Assembly: GCA_016928235.1 (NCBI GenBank)
Contig: JAFGLD010000096.1
Span: 3,006 to 67,005, forward strand
DNA from: Anaerolineae bacterium
GTDB taxonomy: Bacteria; Chloroflexota; Anaerolineae; Aggregatilineales; UBA3940
DNA length: 64,000 bases
Direction of reading: 5' to 3'
Shown here: positions 52,473 through 62,392 of the stretch, in pieces
Numbering within the stretch: the stretch's first letter is position 1
Layout of the letters: each line of letters begins with the position of its first letter
Position numbers and translations under genes: made by a program
The notes under the pieces: model-generated
Databases searched by the model: none
Told to the model about the DNA's origin: nothing
What the model saw: only the letters and a program-made list of their open reading frames with translations

Positions 52473-55400
52473 GTGTTCACCATGAGCATTTCTGTGCGCG
52501 CTATAGACAGCATCAAGCTTGCCGCGGCTTTTGAACGAGTCGCCGCGCATGAGCACCTGTGTCTGCCTTACGAGACAGATGAGGAACGGATCGATGTAGT
52601 ATCGCCTCTTGTTCGTCTTGGCCTGGAGCGTAACGAGAAATGCCTTTATATTACCAATGAACCCCACGGCATCCTGACGGCATTACAGGCACGAGAGATC
52701 GATACTGAGGCAGCGATTCAATCTGGAGCCTTGTGCATCACAGCCTGGGAAGATGTCTTTCCCGGCCAAACGTGTTTCAGCCCGGATACAGCAGGTAGCT
52801 TTGTGATCGATATGGCTCAGCGGGCAAAGGATGAGGGATTTCCCGTGCTTCGAGTCATGCTGGAGATTACCCAACTCTGGGAAGATGGGCCGGACACCGC
52901 GCACCTGATGACTTACGAAGCACAGCTGGCCAAGGCAGCCGCGGCATCAGACACCCTCATCGTGTGTCTATATGACCGTCGACGCTGCAAACCAGCCATC
53001 ATGCTGAATGCCATTCGTGCCCATCCTGTGATCATGATTCGAGGTGCTGTCTGTCAGAACTTTCAGTACCTTCCTCCTGATGAGTTCCTGCTCCCTGACT
53101 GGGAAGCATCAGAGGTCGACCGGCTGGTTGCAGCTATCTGGGAGCAATCACAAAGCAAAAACGCATTCCAACAAATCGAGAATCGTTTCCGCCGGCTGAC
53201 TGAAGATATTGGCGGACACGATGAGATGCAGCGGTTTCACGAGGTGTTCGAGAAGAGTCGCTTGCTTGCTGTCGGATTGGACATGCAAGGCAACATTATG
53301 TTGTGCAACGACCATTTGCTCGATCTTACCGGCTGGCAGCGAGGAGAAATTCTGGGAAAAGATTGGGTTGAGCTTTTCCTTCCTGCTGACGCCCGTGATA
53401 CGACCCGGCAATTATTTACCTATGCCATCCAATCAGATGAGATAGAGACCCCCCGGGAAACCACGATTCTGACAAAAGATGGGGAAAGCCGCCTGATCCG
53501 CTGGAACAACGCGATCCTGCATGATTATCAGGGAGAGATTATGGGGACGGCCAGCATCGGGGAGGATGTGACCGAATACAGGCAGACAGAAGAAGCCCTT
53601 CACGAGTCCGAAAGACGCTACCGAACCCTGTTTGAAAGTGCCAGTGATGCTATTTTCGTCCACAATATGGAGGGGCACTTCCTGGATGCCAACCATATTG
53701 CATGTGAGCGTTTGGGCTACAGCCGGGAAGAACTGCTGGCATTGTCGGCTATGGACATCAACGCTCCTCACTATGCAACCTTGGTACCGGCGCGCATCCG
53801 CGGACTGCAAAAGTGCGGGAGCGGCCTCTTTGAGACAGTACACACACGACGAGACGGCACCCAGATACCGACTGAGCTTAATTGTCAGGTTGTCCAGTAT
53901 AACGATCAATCGGTTATTCTATGCCATGCGCGCGATATTACTGCACGCAAGCAAGCCGAGATCGAGAGCGAAGCCGTCAGTGTCATTTCACAAATGTTTC
54001 TGTCATTCGAAACACTGGAGGATGTTTACCGCGATCTCCCCGTCATGCTCTCGGCCTATTTCCAGTTCCCAGTTGCCACGATTTCCCTTCTCGATCAGTC
54101 AGCCGAGGAAATGGTACTGGTAGGCGTTTCCGGAGTTCCCCAGACTGATGCAAAACCAACCCGTGTACCGATTTCTCAGACGGTTTGCGGAGTTGTTATC
54201 TCGACGGGGAAAGCCGTCGTAGAGCTGGATGTCGGCCAACGCACAGAGCAGCACTTTCAGTGGCTGAAAGAGATCGGCTTGTCTTTTTTCCTGTGCGTGC
54301 CGATGCAGGTTGGTGGGCGAATCATTGGGACATTGGGGCTGGGAGATCGGCGGCCCCCGCAAGGCATCATCCCCCGTATCGAGACCTTCAAGGTGATCGG
54401 CAATCATCTGGCTCAAGAGATCGAGCGAAAGAACGCTGAGGAGGCACTTCGGGAAAGCGAGGAACGTTACCGTCTCATCGCCGAGAACATGAATGATCTG
54501 GTATGGCTAATGGATGCCAATCTGGTAACGACCTTTATCAGCCCATCCGCCACACGCATGCGTGGTTATACCGAGGAAGAGCTGAAATCCATGCCGCTGG
54601 AAAAACATCTCAAATCTTCCTCGCTCGATAGTGTGATCAAAATGTTGGCAGAGGAGTGGCAATCAGAAAACCCGATCTATAATACCCTGCCGACATCCCG
54701 GACGATGGAGCTTGAATTTTATTGCCAAGACGGCTCGACCCTCTGGAGTGAAGTAACCCTTAGCCTGATCCGTGATAACGAAGGTAAGCCGTCCAGGGTG
54801 CTGGGCGTCGGGCGCGATATTACCGACCGGAAACAGGCCGAAGATGCATTGCGGGCCGGCGAGCGCAAATATCGTCAGCTGGTCGAGAATCTCAATGAAG
54901 GGATCTGGGCAGTCGATCAAGAGGCTATCACCACCTTCGTCAATCCGCGCATGGCAGAGATGTTAGGGTACCAGCCGGACGAGATGATCGGTAGAAACCT
55001 ATTCGACTTCACAACAGAGCAGGGTTCAGAGAACAACAGGAAAGACCTGGAACGCCGTAAGCAAGGCATCAGAGATGAAGCTGATTCAGAGTTCGTTCAC
55101 AAAGACGGCAGCACCATCTATGCGCGCGTTCTTGGAGCGCCAATTATCGACGAGACAGGAAGCTACTGCGGCGTTATTGCCGGCGTTATGGATATCACCG
55201 CGCGCAGACGGGCCGAGGAAGCCGAGCGTGAGCAGCGCACCCTGGCCGAGGCCCTCCGAGACACGGCCATCGCGCTTAACAGCACATTGTCACTGGACGA
55301 GGTGTTCGATCGCATTCTGGCCAACGTTGGGCAGGTGGTGCCCCACGATACGGCCAGCATCATGTTGATCGAAGAGGGGACGGGCCGGGTTGTCAAGACA

Positions 55401-56966
55401 AGAGGCTTTGTTGAACGTGGACTACAAGATTGGCTGCTCATGCAACAGTTCCCGGTAGCTGAGATACCCTCCATGAAGCGGATGGTCGAGACAAAGCAGC
55501 CGGTCTTGATACCCAGCACACAGATCGAACCTACATGGATCATCTATCCGGAAAACGACTGGATACGTTCCTACATCGGCGCGCCTATAGTTATTGAAGA
55601 GCAAGCAATTGGATTCATCCACCTGGATAATGCCATCCCGGATGCATTTTCGGCCAATCACGCCGAGCGACTGGGCGCTTTTGCCGAACATGCCGCTGTC
55701 GCCATTCATAATGCTCAGCACTACGAAGCCGAACACTATGAGCGTGTCCTGGCCGAGACGCTTCATGAGATCGCAGAATCGCTGGCCAGCTCTGCCCCCC
55801 TGGAACGAACACTGGATTTAATCATCACCAGGTTGGAGCAGATTCTTCGATGTGACTGGGCAACCATCATGCTTGTGCAGGCTGATTTCTTACATGTGAT
55901 GGTCGCGCGTGGCTTCCCTGAGCAGGCCAATATTCTCGAACAGACCTATCTATACCCAACCATCCCCCTATTCTACGAATCGATGACACTGGGCCAACCT
56001 ATCGCCATTTCCAATGCACAAGAAGACCCCCGTTGGATGGCCGTACCCGGTTTCGAAATGCCGGCAGGCGGCTGGATTGGCGTGCCGATCGTGATCAGGG
56101 ATGTCGTCATTGGGATCCTGACTGCCGGCGCTACCCGGCCACGTCAATATACTGAACGAGACATGAAGACGGTTGCGGCTTTTGCGCAACATGCCGCGCT
56201 GGCTTTCGAAAGTACCCAGGTTTATTCAGAGCTCGAGTCCAGTCTCTCCGATGTTCGCAACCTGAAGGCTCATATGCTGCGGACAGCCCAGTTGCACGTC
56301 GCAGGTGAAATTGCAACAGGAGTAGCTCACCAGGTCAATAATCCACTGACCACCATCATCGCGGAAAGCCACCTGCTACTCAAGCAGCTTCCACCTAACA
56401 GTACCTACTATGAATCGGCTGATTCGATCAGAGAAGCAGCCTACCGGGCCGGCACAGTCGTGCAGCGACTGCTCGATTTCGCCCGCTCAAAACCTTATTC
56501 GCTGCAGCCTTTGGATATCAACTTTTCAATCGAGCACGCCATATCGCTGGTCAGAGCACAAATCGAGCCTCATATTGCCCGTGTCGTCGTTAACCTGGCT
56601 CCGGATCTTCCACTGGTCGAAGCCAGCGAGGAGCATCTTGAGGATGTCTGGATCAATCTCTTGCTGAATGCCCGTGATGCAGTACATAAGCCGGGTTCCG
56701 GTCTCATCACGATCACAACCAAATGCAACGCGCGCGATGAGACCGTTGAAGTTACTGTACAAGATAATGGCATGGGTATCCCCGAGGATCAGGTCGAGCG
56801 CATTTTCACCCCTTTTCATACAACCAAAGAGCACGGCACCGGGCTAGGACTACCCATTTGTCGCGAAGTTGTGGCCAGACATGGTGGCACCATACATGTC
56901 AACAGCCAAACAGGTAAAGGCGCAAAGTTTATAGTAAGCTTACCGTCAAGCAAGAATCGAATCTGA
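52473..56966 (+). CDS. MEDS - 4x PAS - 3x GAF - HisKA - HATPase_c sensor histidine kinase
   Basis: 1497 aa. The N-terminal MEDS-like segment is HLCLPYETDEERIDVVSPLVRLGLERNEKCLYI. PAS repeats end in GRDITxRKQAE-type boxes. H-box GVAHQVNNPLT. G-boxes DNGMGI / GTGLGLPICRE. The start is GTG 52473 or ATG 52482. Confidence 0.85.
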   Translation: MFTMSISVRAIDSIKLAAAFERVAAHEHLCLPYETDEERIDVVSPLVRLGLERNEKCLYITNEPHGILTALQAREIDTEAAIQSGALCITAWEDVFPGQTCFSPDTAGSFVIDMAQRAKDEGFPVLRVMLEITQLWEDGPDTAHLMTYEAQLAKAAAASDTLIVCLYDRRRCKPAIMLNAIRAHPVIMIRGAVCQNFQYLPPDEFLLPDWEASEVDRLVAAIWEQSQSKNAFQQIENRFRRLTEDIGGHDEMQRFHEVFEKSRLLAVGLDMQGNIMLCNDHLLDLTGWQRGEILGKDWVELFLPADARDTTRQLFTYAIQSDEIETPRETTILTKDGESRLIRWNNAILHDYQGEIMGTASIGEDVTEYRQTEEALHESERRYRTLFESASDAIFVHNMEGHFLDANHIACERLGYSREELLALSAMDINAPHYATLVPARIRGLQKCGSGLFETVHTRRDGTQIPTELNCQVVQYNDQSVILCHARDITARKQAEIESEAVSVISQMFLSFETLEDVYRDLPVMLSAYFQFPVATISLLDQSAEEMVLVGVSGVPQTDAKPTRVPISQTVCGVVISTGKAVVELDVGQRTEQHFQWLKEIGLSFFLCVPMQVGGRIIGTLGLGDRRPPQGIIPRIETFKVIGNHLAQEIERKNAEEALRESEERYRLIAENMNDLVWLMDANLVTTFISPSATRMRGYTEEELKSMPLEKHLKSSSLDSVIKMLAEEWQSENPIYNTLPTSRTMELEFYCQDGSTLWSEVTLSLIRDNEGKPSRVLGVGRDITDRKQAEDALRAGERKYRQLVENLNEGIWAVDQEAITTFVNPRMAEMLGYQPDEMIGRNLFDFTTEQGSENNRKDLERRKQGIRDEADSEFVHKDGSTIYARVLGAPIIDETGSYCGVIAGVMDITARRRAEEAEREQRTLAEALRDTAIALNSTLSLDEVFDRILANVGQVVPHDTASIMLIEEGTGRVVKTRGFVERGLQDWLLMQQFPVAEIPSMKRMVETKQPVLIPSTQIEPTWIIYPENDWIRSYIGAPIVIEEQAIGFIHLDNAIPDAFSANHAERLGAFAEHAAVAIHNAQHYEAEHYERVLAETLHEIAESLASSAPLERTLDLIITRLEQILRCDWATIMLVQADFLHVMVARGFPEQANILEQTYLYPTIPLFYESMTLGQPIAISNAQEDPRWMAVPGFEMPAGGWIGVPIVIRDVVIGILTAGATRPRQYTERDMKTVAAFAQHAALAFESTQVYSELESSLSDVRNLKAHMLRTAQLHVAGEIATGVAHQVNNPLTTIIAESHLLLKQLPPNSTYYESADSIREAAYRAGTVVQRLLDFARSKPYSLQPLDINFSIEHAISLVRAQIEPHIARVVVNLAPDLPLVEASEEHLEDVWINLLLNARDAVHKPGSGLITITTKCNARDETVEVTVQDNGMGIPEDQVERIFTPFHTTKEHGTGLGLPICREVVARHGGTIHVNSQTGKGAKFIVSLPSSKNRI

Positions 56967-56996
56967 TGTTGCTTCAAGAGTGGCATAGGGATACTT

Positions 56997-57692
56997 ATGG
57001 CGAATATTCTCGCGGTGGACGATGAGGCCCAGGTATTACGTTCCATAGGCCGGATACTCGAAGATGCCGGGCACACTGTCGAACTGGCTTCCAACGGCGA
57101 ACAAGCCTTGGAGCTTATCAAGCAACAGCGGCCTGATCTGGTTGTCCTCGATATCGTCATGCCGGAAATAGACGGTGTTGAAGTCTGCAGACGCATCAGG
57201 GCCGATCCCTTTCTGGCCAAGCTACCCGTCATATTCCTGACCGCCAAGGGTCGTCCCAATGATATTGCTCATGGTCTCGATGCAGGGGGCGATGATTACC
57301 TGACCAAGCCCTTCGAGATACTTGAGCTGCCGGCGCGGATCCGAGCATTACTGCGCCGTGCCCCTGGTGGCGTGCTAGACCCCGATGCGGAATATCTCGA
57401 AATCAGGAAGCTAAAACTGCACGCTTCCCGCTTCGAAGTATGGGTGGATGGGCAGTTGTTCCAGTTGACCCCTATCGAGCATCGCCTGCTCCATTGCTTG
57501 ATGATTCATGCCGGGCAACCGGTAGCCACCGATCAGCTCCTGATGAGCGTCTGGGAGTATCCTGCCGGTGTTGGAGATCCCAAGCTCGTACAAGTACACA
57601 TCGCCAACCTCCGCGCAAAAATCGAGCCCAACACGAGCGCCCCTCAATACATTCGGAATGTCCGGGGCCATGGTTATATTGTTGATGTCTAG
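56997..57692 (+). CDS. OmpR-family response regulator (REC plus winged-helix DNA-binding domain)
   Basis: ILAVDDE...LVVLDIVMPEIDG...IFLTAKG...DYLTKPF. The C-terminal wHTH is LTPIEHRLLHCL...VHIANLRAKIE...IRNVRGHGY. Confidence 0.9.
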   Translation: MANILAVDDEAQVLRSIGRILEDAGHTVELASNGEQALELIKQQRPDLVVLDIVMPEIDGVEVCRRIRADPFLAKLPVIFLTAKGRPNDIAHGLDAGGDDYLTKPFEILELPARIRALLRRAPGGVLDPDAEYLEIRKLKLHASRFEVWVDGQLFQLTPIEHRLLHCLMIHAGQPVATDQLLMSVWEYPAGVGDPKLVQVHIANLRAKIEPNTSAPQYIRNVRGHGYIVDV

Positions 57693-57860
57693 GGACTGTT
57701 GACATTTTCGGGTATTGACGGCGCGGGTTTTGAGTAAATCGAACACGTTTGGGAATGGCAAACCGGAGCATTGGGTCAATACACAGAAAATAAACGCTTC
57801 CTACCCGTCGACCACCGCTTCCTACCTTAGAAAATGGATGTCACCGGCTGTGAGTAAACC

Positions 57861-58253
57861 TCAACCAGGTTGTATCACATGACCACATGCTGATAACACC
57901 GATATTGCCGTTTCAAGTTGTGTTTCTTTGACAAGCACATAGTCAGTGTCATAAGTTGATAGCGCGAATATGCTTACCTGAGCCTTCGCCAACGGGGCTG
58001 TCACCGAGTGAAGAATACCTACCAGACTAAACTCAAAAGGCCCTTCGAACTTCAACACTCTCCATCCGGTCTCGCATCTTGTGCCTGTGGGCACGCAATC
58101 TTGCGGACAAATAATCGAGAGCTCATCACAGGTGCGCGTCACGGAGTAAAATTGGGCCGCCAACACCTCCCCCGGCAGTGGCTCATCCCGATGAAACCTG
58201 CATATTGCGAATAGTTCAGGGATAAGTGTGAGCTTCAATTTTGGTTTCATCAT
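57861..58253 (-). CDS. ACT-domain protein (ACT_7/CASTOR-like)
   Basis: LTLIPELFAICRF...SVTRTCDELSIICP...GWRVLKFEGPFEFSLVGILHSVTAPLA...VSIFALSTYDTDYVLV. The start is taken at ATG 58253. Confidence 0.6.
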   Translation of the reverse strand: MMKPKLKLTLIPELFAICRFHRDEPLPGEVLAAQFYSVTRTCDELSIICPQDCVPTGTRCETGWRVLKFEGPFEFSLVGILHSVTAPLAKAQVSIFALSTYDTDYVLVKETQLETAISVLSACGHVIQPG

Positions 58254-58437
58254 CAACACCTCAGCAGACCCATTGTCTGCTCGATAATTGGCTTGATCGA
58301 GCGTCGTGGACTTCACGCCAATCGCTACAGAACATCGATGCACATCTCCAACCATGGGCCCATGCTCGAAGCCTTTGTGTGGCAAGCCGTTTCCGGCTAA
58401 AATCGTCGCCTTACCGTTTCAGAAGCATTTTTTCCAG

Positions 58438-58517
58438 TAGACTTTATCGGAAACAACCGGGTTACGCATAAAATAGCGCAGATTCTACGCATGGCACGCC
58501 TGTTGTCGATCAAGTCC
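58438..58517 (-). repeat. intergenic repeat element, copy C (right module only, inverted relative to copy A)
   Basis: Its reverse complement aligns with 39705-39785 (..ACAGGCGTGCCATGCGTAGAATC...TTTTATGCGTAAC...TTTCCGATAAAGTCTA). It ends 24 nt before the HIT gene start. Confidence 0.7.
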
Positions 58518-58540
58518 AATATCCTTGTGAAGGTATCTCT

Positions 58541-59026
58541 ATGAATCATCTTTGGACACCCTGGCGTATGTCTTATCTTAAACGTGGCCCCCAACCCGAC
58601 GCTACATGCGTTTTTTGTCGGAAGGCCCAGGAAAATAACGATGTCAAAAATCACATTCTACACCGGGGTGAGCACTGTTTCGTCATCCTCAACTTATATC
58701 CTTATAACAACGGCCACCTGATGGTTATACCCTACCAACATACCGGAAGGCTGGATGAACTGAACGATGCGACTCTTTTGGAATTGCTGACGCTCACCCA
58801 AAAAGCTGTACAGATTATTGAGACTGTTTATAACCCTCACGGCTTCAACATCGGCATCAACCTGGGCGCGGCAGCCGGAGCAGGAATAGTCGATCATATC
58901 CATCAGCATGTTGTGCCGCGATGGGGAGGTGATACCAACTACCTGTCTACCGTCGGCCAAACACGCACCATCCCCGAATGGATAGACGAAACGTACGTGC
59001 GACTGCATGAGCAATGGAAAGATTAG
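58541..59026 (+). CDS. HIT-family nucleotide hydrolase/transferase (Ap4A-phosphorylase/GalT-like branch)
   Basis: Histidine triad HIHQHVVPRW, with the preceding CVFC and NLYPYNNGHLMV motifs. Confidence 0.8.
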   Translation: MNHLWTPWRMSYLKRGPQPDATCVFCRKAQENNDVKNHILHRGEHCFVILNLYPYNNGHLMVIPYQHTGRLDELNDATLLELLTLTQKAVQIIETVYNPHGFNIGINLGAAAGAGIVDHIHQHVVPRWGGDTNYLSTVGQTRTIPEWIDETYVRLHEQWKD

Positions 59027-59074
59027 CCATCGGGTAACTATTCAGTGATTAGCGCGGTCTGCTTGGCAGTTTTG

Positions 59075-59125
59075 GGTGACGAGTGATGCGTGACAGGTGA
59101 TGGGCAGGTGATGAGACCAGTTAGG
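59075..59125. repeat. heptamer-like GTGATGN repeat tract
   Basis: gggtgacgagtgatgcgtgacaggtgatgggcaggtgatgag, read directly. The site is intergenic. Confidence 0.55.
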
Positions 59126-59205
59126 TAGTTACTGTAGCTGAATAGTCATGTCCATTCTTCGCTGCCTGATCTCCACTCTCCATCCGCTGGTGTTATAATC
59201 GGCCT

Positions 59206-60195
59206 ATGACCATCTCACTCATCACAACCGTACTCAACGAGGGACAATCACTGATTCCCCTGCTCGATTCCATCGCCGCGCAGACACAGAAGCCTGACGA
59301 GATCGTCGTCTGTGATGGCGGCTCGACCGATGACACACTGGATATCCTCAAGCGTTATACACAATCGCTGCCCCTTACCGTGTTTCAGCGGCCCGGCGCG
59401 AACATCTCGCAGGGCCGCAATGCTGCCATCGAGGCCGCCGCGCATGAAATCATCGCTGTTACGGATGCCGGGGTTTGTCTTGAGCCGGCCTGGCTGGAGA
59501 CTATCGTGGCGCCGCTGGAGGATAACCCCACCATCCAGACTGTGGCAGGCTTCTTTCACTCCGATCCGCAGACCCCCTTCGAAGTTGCTCTAGGCGCAAC
59601 CACACTGCCGGAGCTTCGCGACATCGACCCGGCAACATTCATGCCCTCCAGCCGCTCAGTGGCCTTTCGTCGAGCCGCCTGGAAGACTGTCGGCGGATAC
59701 CCGGAGTGGCTCGATTTCTGCGAAGACCTGATCTTCGATTTCCGTCTGGCGGAGCGCGTCGGGTCGTTCGCTTTCGCGCCACAGGCTATTGCCCGTTTTC
59801 GACCACGACGCTCGCTGAGGGCGTTTTATCGACAATACAGGTATTACGCGCGGGGCGATGGGAAAGCGAACCTCTTCTTCCGGCGCCACCTCATCCGTTA
59901 CCTGACCTATTTTGGAGCACTTCCCTTCGCGCTGCTGGCTGGGATATGCATCAGCCGTTGGTGGTGGTCGGCATTGCTGGCCGGTGGCATGTACATGATC
60001 GCTGTGCCGTATCGCAGGCTCTTTAACCAATGGGGCGATCTCACACCGGGCGGCAAACTGATCGCCGCGCTGTGGGTGCCGATCATCCGCGTGGTGGGCG
60101 ATATCGCCAAGATGGTCGGGTATCCGGCCGGGCTGGCCTGGCGCGCCCACCATCACCCACCCGATTGGAGAAAGATGGACAGTGCCCATGGTTAG
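59206..60195 (+). CDS. GT2-family glycosyltransferase with a C-terminal membrane region
   Basis: ISLITTVLNE...DEIVVCDGGSTDDT...AVTDAG (DxD-type region). C-terminal hydrophobic helices are present. Confidence 0.8.
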   Translation: MTISLITTVLNEGQSLIPLLDSIAAQTQKPDEIVVCDGGSTDDTLDILKRYTQSLPLTVFQRPGANISQGRNAAIEAAAHEIIAVTDAGVCLEPAWLETIVAPLEDNPTIQTVAGFFHSDPQTPFEVALGATTLPELRDIDPATFMPSSRSVAFRRAAWKTVGGYPEWLDFCEDLIFDFRLAERVGSFAFAPQAIARFRPRRSLRAFYRQYRYYARGDGKANLFFRRHLIRYLTYFGALPFALLAGICISRWWWSALLAGGMYMIAVPYRRLFNQWGDLTPGGKLIAALWVPIIRVVGDIAKMVGYPAGLAWRAHHHPPDWRKMDSAHG

Positions 60196-61195
60196 AACAT
60201 CGAAGGGTCTTGTATGGCGGATGTGGTACGCTGTTGTTATGTCGATCTGGCTGGTGGCCGGCTGCACTGGTGAGACATTGGCGCCATCACTATCCCCCCG
60301 CGCTCCAGGCAGCTCACTGGCCGAGATAGACAGCTGGGTCTACCAGCTACAGAACATCAGCATCGATGATCTATCCGCGCTGGATGTCGATCTGATCGTC
60401 ATGGACTATGCCAAAAACGATGGGACACCGTTCACTCAGGCGGAAATCGACCGGATTAAGTCCGGCGGCAAGATTGTGCTCAGCTATTGGAGCATCGGCG
60501 AGGCGGAAAGCTATCGACCCTACTGGCGTGAGGAATGGGGTGCCTCGGCAGACGATTGCCTGGCGCCGCTCTCGGCTCAAGCCCCAGATTGGATCGAGCC
60601 AATGAACCCGGAGTGGTGCGGGAACTATCCGGTGCAGTTTTGGCAGGTCGCATGGCAGACCATTGTGATGGAGTACCTGGATGCCATCTTGCTGGCCGGT
60701 TTCGATGGTGTATACCTGGACAAGGTCGATGTCTTCTATTACTGGCTCGATGAGGAGGATATGGGGCAGACTTTCTCGAACCCTGATGCCCCCCGACAGA
60801 TGGTCGAGCTTGTTGGCCTGATCGCTGAGCATGGACGGGAGCGGCACCCCGGTTTCATCCTGGTGCCGCAGAACGCCGCGGAGATCGTCGCGTATTTGAG
60901 CGTCGAGCAGCAGGATGAGTACCTGAAATTGATCGATGGGATTGGCGTCGAGGACACCTTCTTCTATCCACGCAACGGCGCGGAAGCCGGCGAAGATGCT
61001 CCTTACAATCCACAAGAGTACATCCTTGATCTGCTCTCCCAATATCAAGCAGCCGGACTCCCAGTCCTGGCTATCGATTACGTCACCGAGATCAAGAAGA
61101 TCGAGCGTTTCTTCGACGCAGCCAACACGCGCGGCTTCATACCCTACACCTCCAACCGGGAGCTTGACCGGATCGGAACGACGGAGAAGCCATGA
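60182..61195 (+). CDS. GH114 / TM1410-family putative endo-alpha-1,4-polygalactosaminidase-like lipoprotein
   Basis: N-terminal VVMSIWLVAGCTGE (lipobox). DVDLIVMDY, VLSYWSIGEAESYRPYW and GFDGVYLDKVD are typical of the family. It overlaps the GT2 gene by 14 nt. The start is GTG 60182 or ATG 60188. Confidence 0.7.
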   Translation: MPMVRTSKGLVWRMWYAVVMSIWLVAGCTGETLAPSLSPRAPGSSLAEIDSWVYQLQNISIDDLSALDVDLIVMDYAKNDGTPFTQAEIDRIKSGGKIVLSYWSIGEAESYRPYWREEWGASADDCLAPLSAQAPDWIEPMNPEWCGNYPVQFWQVAWQTIVMEYLDAILLAGFDGVYLDKVDVFYYWLDEEDMGQTFSNPDAPRQMVELVGLIAEHGRERHPGFILVPQNAAEIVAYLSVEQQDEYLKLIDGIGVEDTFFYPRNGAEAGEDAPYNPQEYILDLLSQYQAAGLPVLAIDYVTEIKKIERFFDAANTRGFIPYTSNRELDRIGTTEKP

Positions 61196-61354
61196 GCGCA
61201 ACCCGGCACGATTGAGTTATTGGTTGCTCAGATGTACTCGCAGCCCACTTTCAGTCGCATTCAAAGCCACCTTTCTCACCAGAAGACCTTCCCGCAACTG
61301 TCGTTCCTCGGCCCGACTTAGAAACCAAGACCAACCTTTTCCCGTAAATAATAA

Positions 61355-61378
61355 CAGGGTGACCGTTGGGTCACCCTG
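61355..61378. terminator. 10-bp perfect stem-loop CAGGGTGACC-GTTG-GGTCACCCTG
   Basis: Read directly. It is flanked by TAAATAATAA upstream (a T-rich tail if read on the minus strand) and TCTATGG downstream. It sits between the GH114-like and crtB-like genes. Confidence 0.4.
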
Positions 61379-61450
61379 TCTATGGTATCGCTATGATTTC
61401 TATCAGGTTTATTTGTTTCATTCACCAGACCAAAACGTATTGAGGCAACG

Positions 61451-62374
61451 ATGCAAACAAACAGCAAGACCGGTCAGGTTTTGGCCGCCGCGATCACCAA
61501 AGCCGCCAGCCAACAAACCTACTATACCATCCGTTTTCTTGTCGATCGCGACCTGATCGCCGAGGCTTTCCGGGCCTACGCTTACTTTCGCTGGGTAGAC
61601 GATTGGCTCGATCTGGAGAGCCGGACAAGGAGAGAGCGCATTGCCTTTGTCGAGCGCCAACAATCGCTGATCAATAGTTGCTACCGCGGCAATCTGCCGG
61701 TCACCGTGACGGATGAAGAGACCTTGCTGCTCGATCTCATCAAGGGAGATCGAGGAGAAAACAGCGGCTTGCAGGTTTACATCCGCAACATGATGGCTGT
61801 GATGACCTTCGATGCCGATCGCCGGGGACGCATGATCTCCCGGAAGGCACTGGACGAGTACACCTATCTCCTGGCATCGGCCGTGACAGAGGCGCTGCAT
61901 TACTTCATTGGCCATTACTGCGCGTCGCCTCGCGGCGATTGGCGTTACCGGGCCGTCACAGGCGCGCACATCGCGCATATGCTGCGCGATACGCTGGAAG
62001 ACATCGAGGCCGGTTACTACAATATCCCCCGCGAGATCATCGACGCAAGCGGCATCGCGCCCTGGGATGTGGCAAGCAAGCCCTACCGGAGCTGGATCGA
62101 GAGCCAGGTCCGGCTGGCCCGCTCTCACTTCAAAATCGGCAAGGACTACCTGGCTCAGGTCGAAAATACTCGCTGTCGTATTGCCGGTTATGCTTACATG
62201 AATCGCTTCGAAACCGTGCTGGACTCAATCGAGCAGGATAGCTACTGCCTGCGAACCCACTACCCGGAATGCAAGAGCCTGCCGGCCGGCATCGAGATGA
62301 TCGGTTCGGCGTTCTCACTGGCTCTCCATCATGACTTCAACGGTGCTATGCATCGAGTCTCGCTGGTCAGATAG
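61451..62374 (+). CDS. squalene/phytoene synthase family protein
   Basis: First aspartate-rich motif YFRWVDDWLD and second MLRDTLEDIEAGYYNIP. It lies adjacent to crtI. Confidence 0.75.
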   Translation: MQTNSKTGQVLAAAITKAASQQTYYTIRFLVDRDLIAEAFRAYAYFRWVDDWLDLESRTRRERIAFVERQQSLINSCYRGNLPVTVTDEETLLLDLIKGDRGENSGLQVYIRNMMAVMTFDADRRGRMISRKALDEYTYLLASAVTEALHYFIGHYCASPRGDWRYRAVTGAHIAHMLRDTLEDIEAGYYNIPREIIDASGIAPWDVASKPYRSWIESQVRLARSHFKIGKDYLAQVENTRCRIAGYAYMNRFETVLDSIEQDSYCLRTHYPECKSLPAGIEMIGSAFSLALHHDFNGAMHRVSLVR

Positions 62375-62392
62375 AATGGATATCGAAAACAC

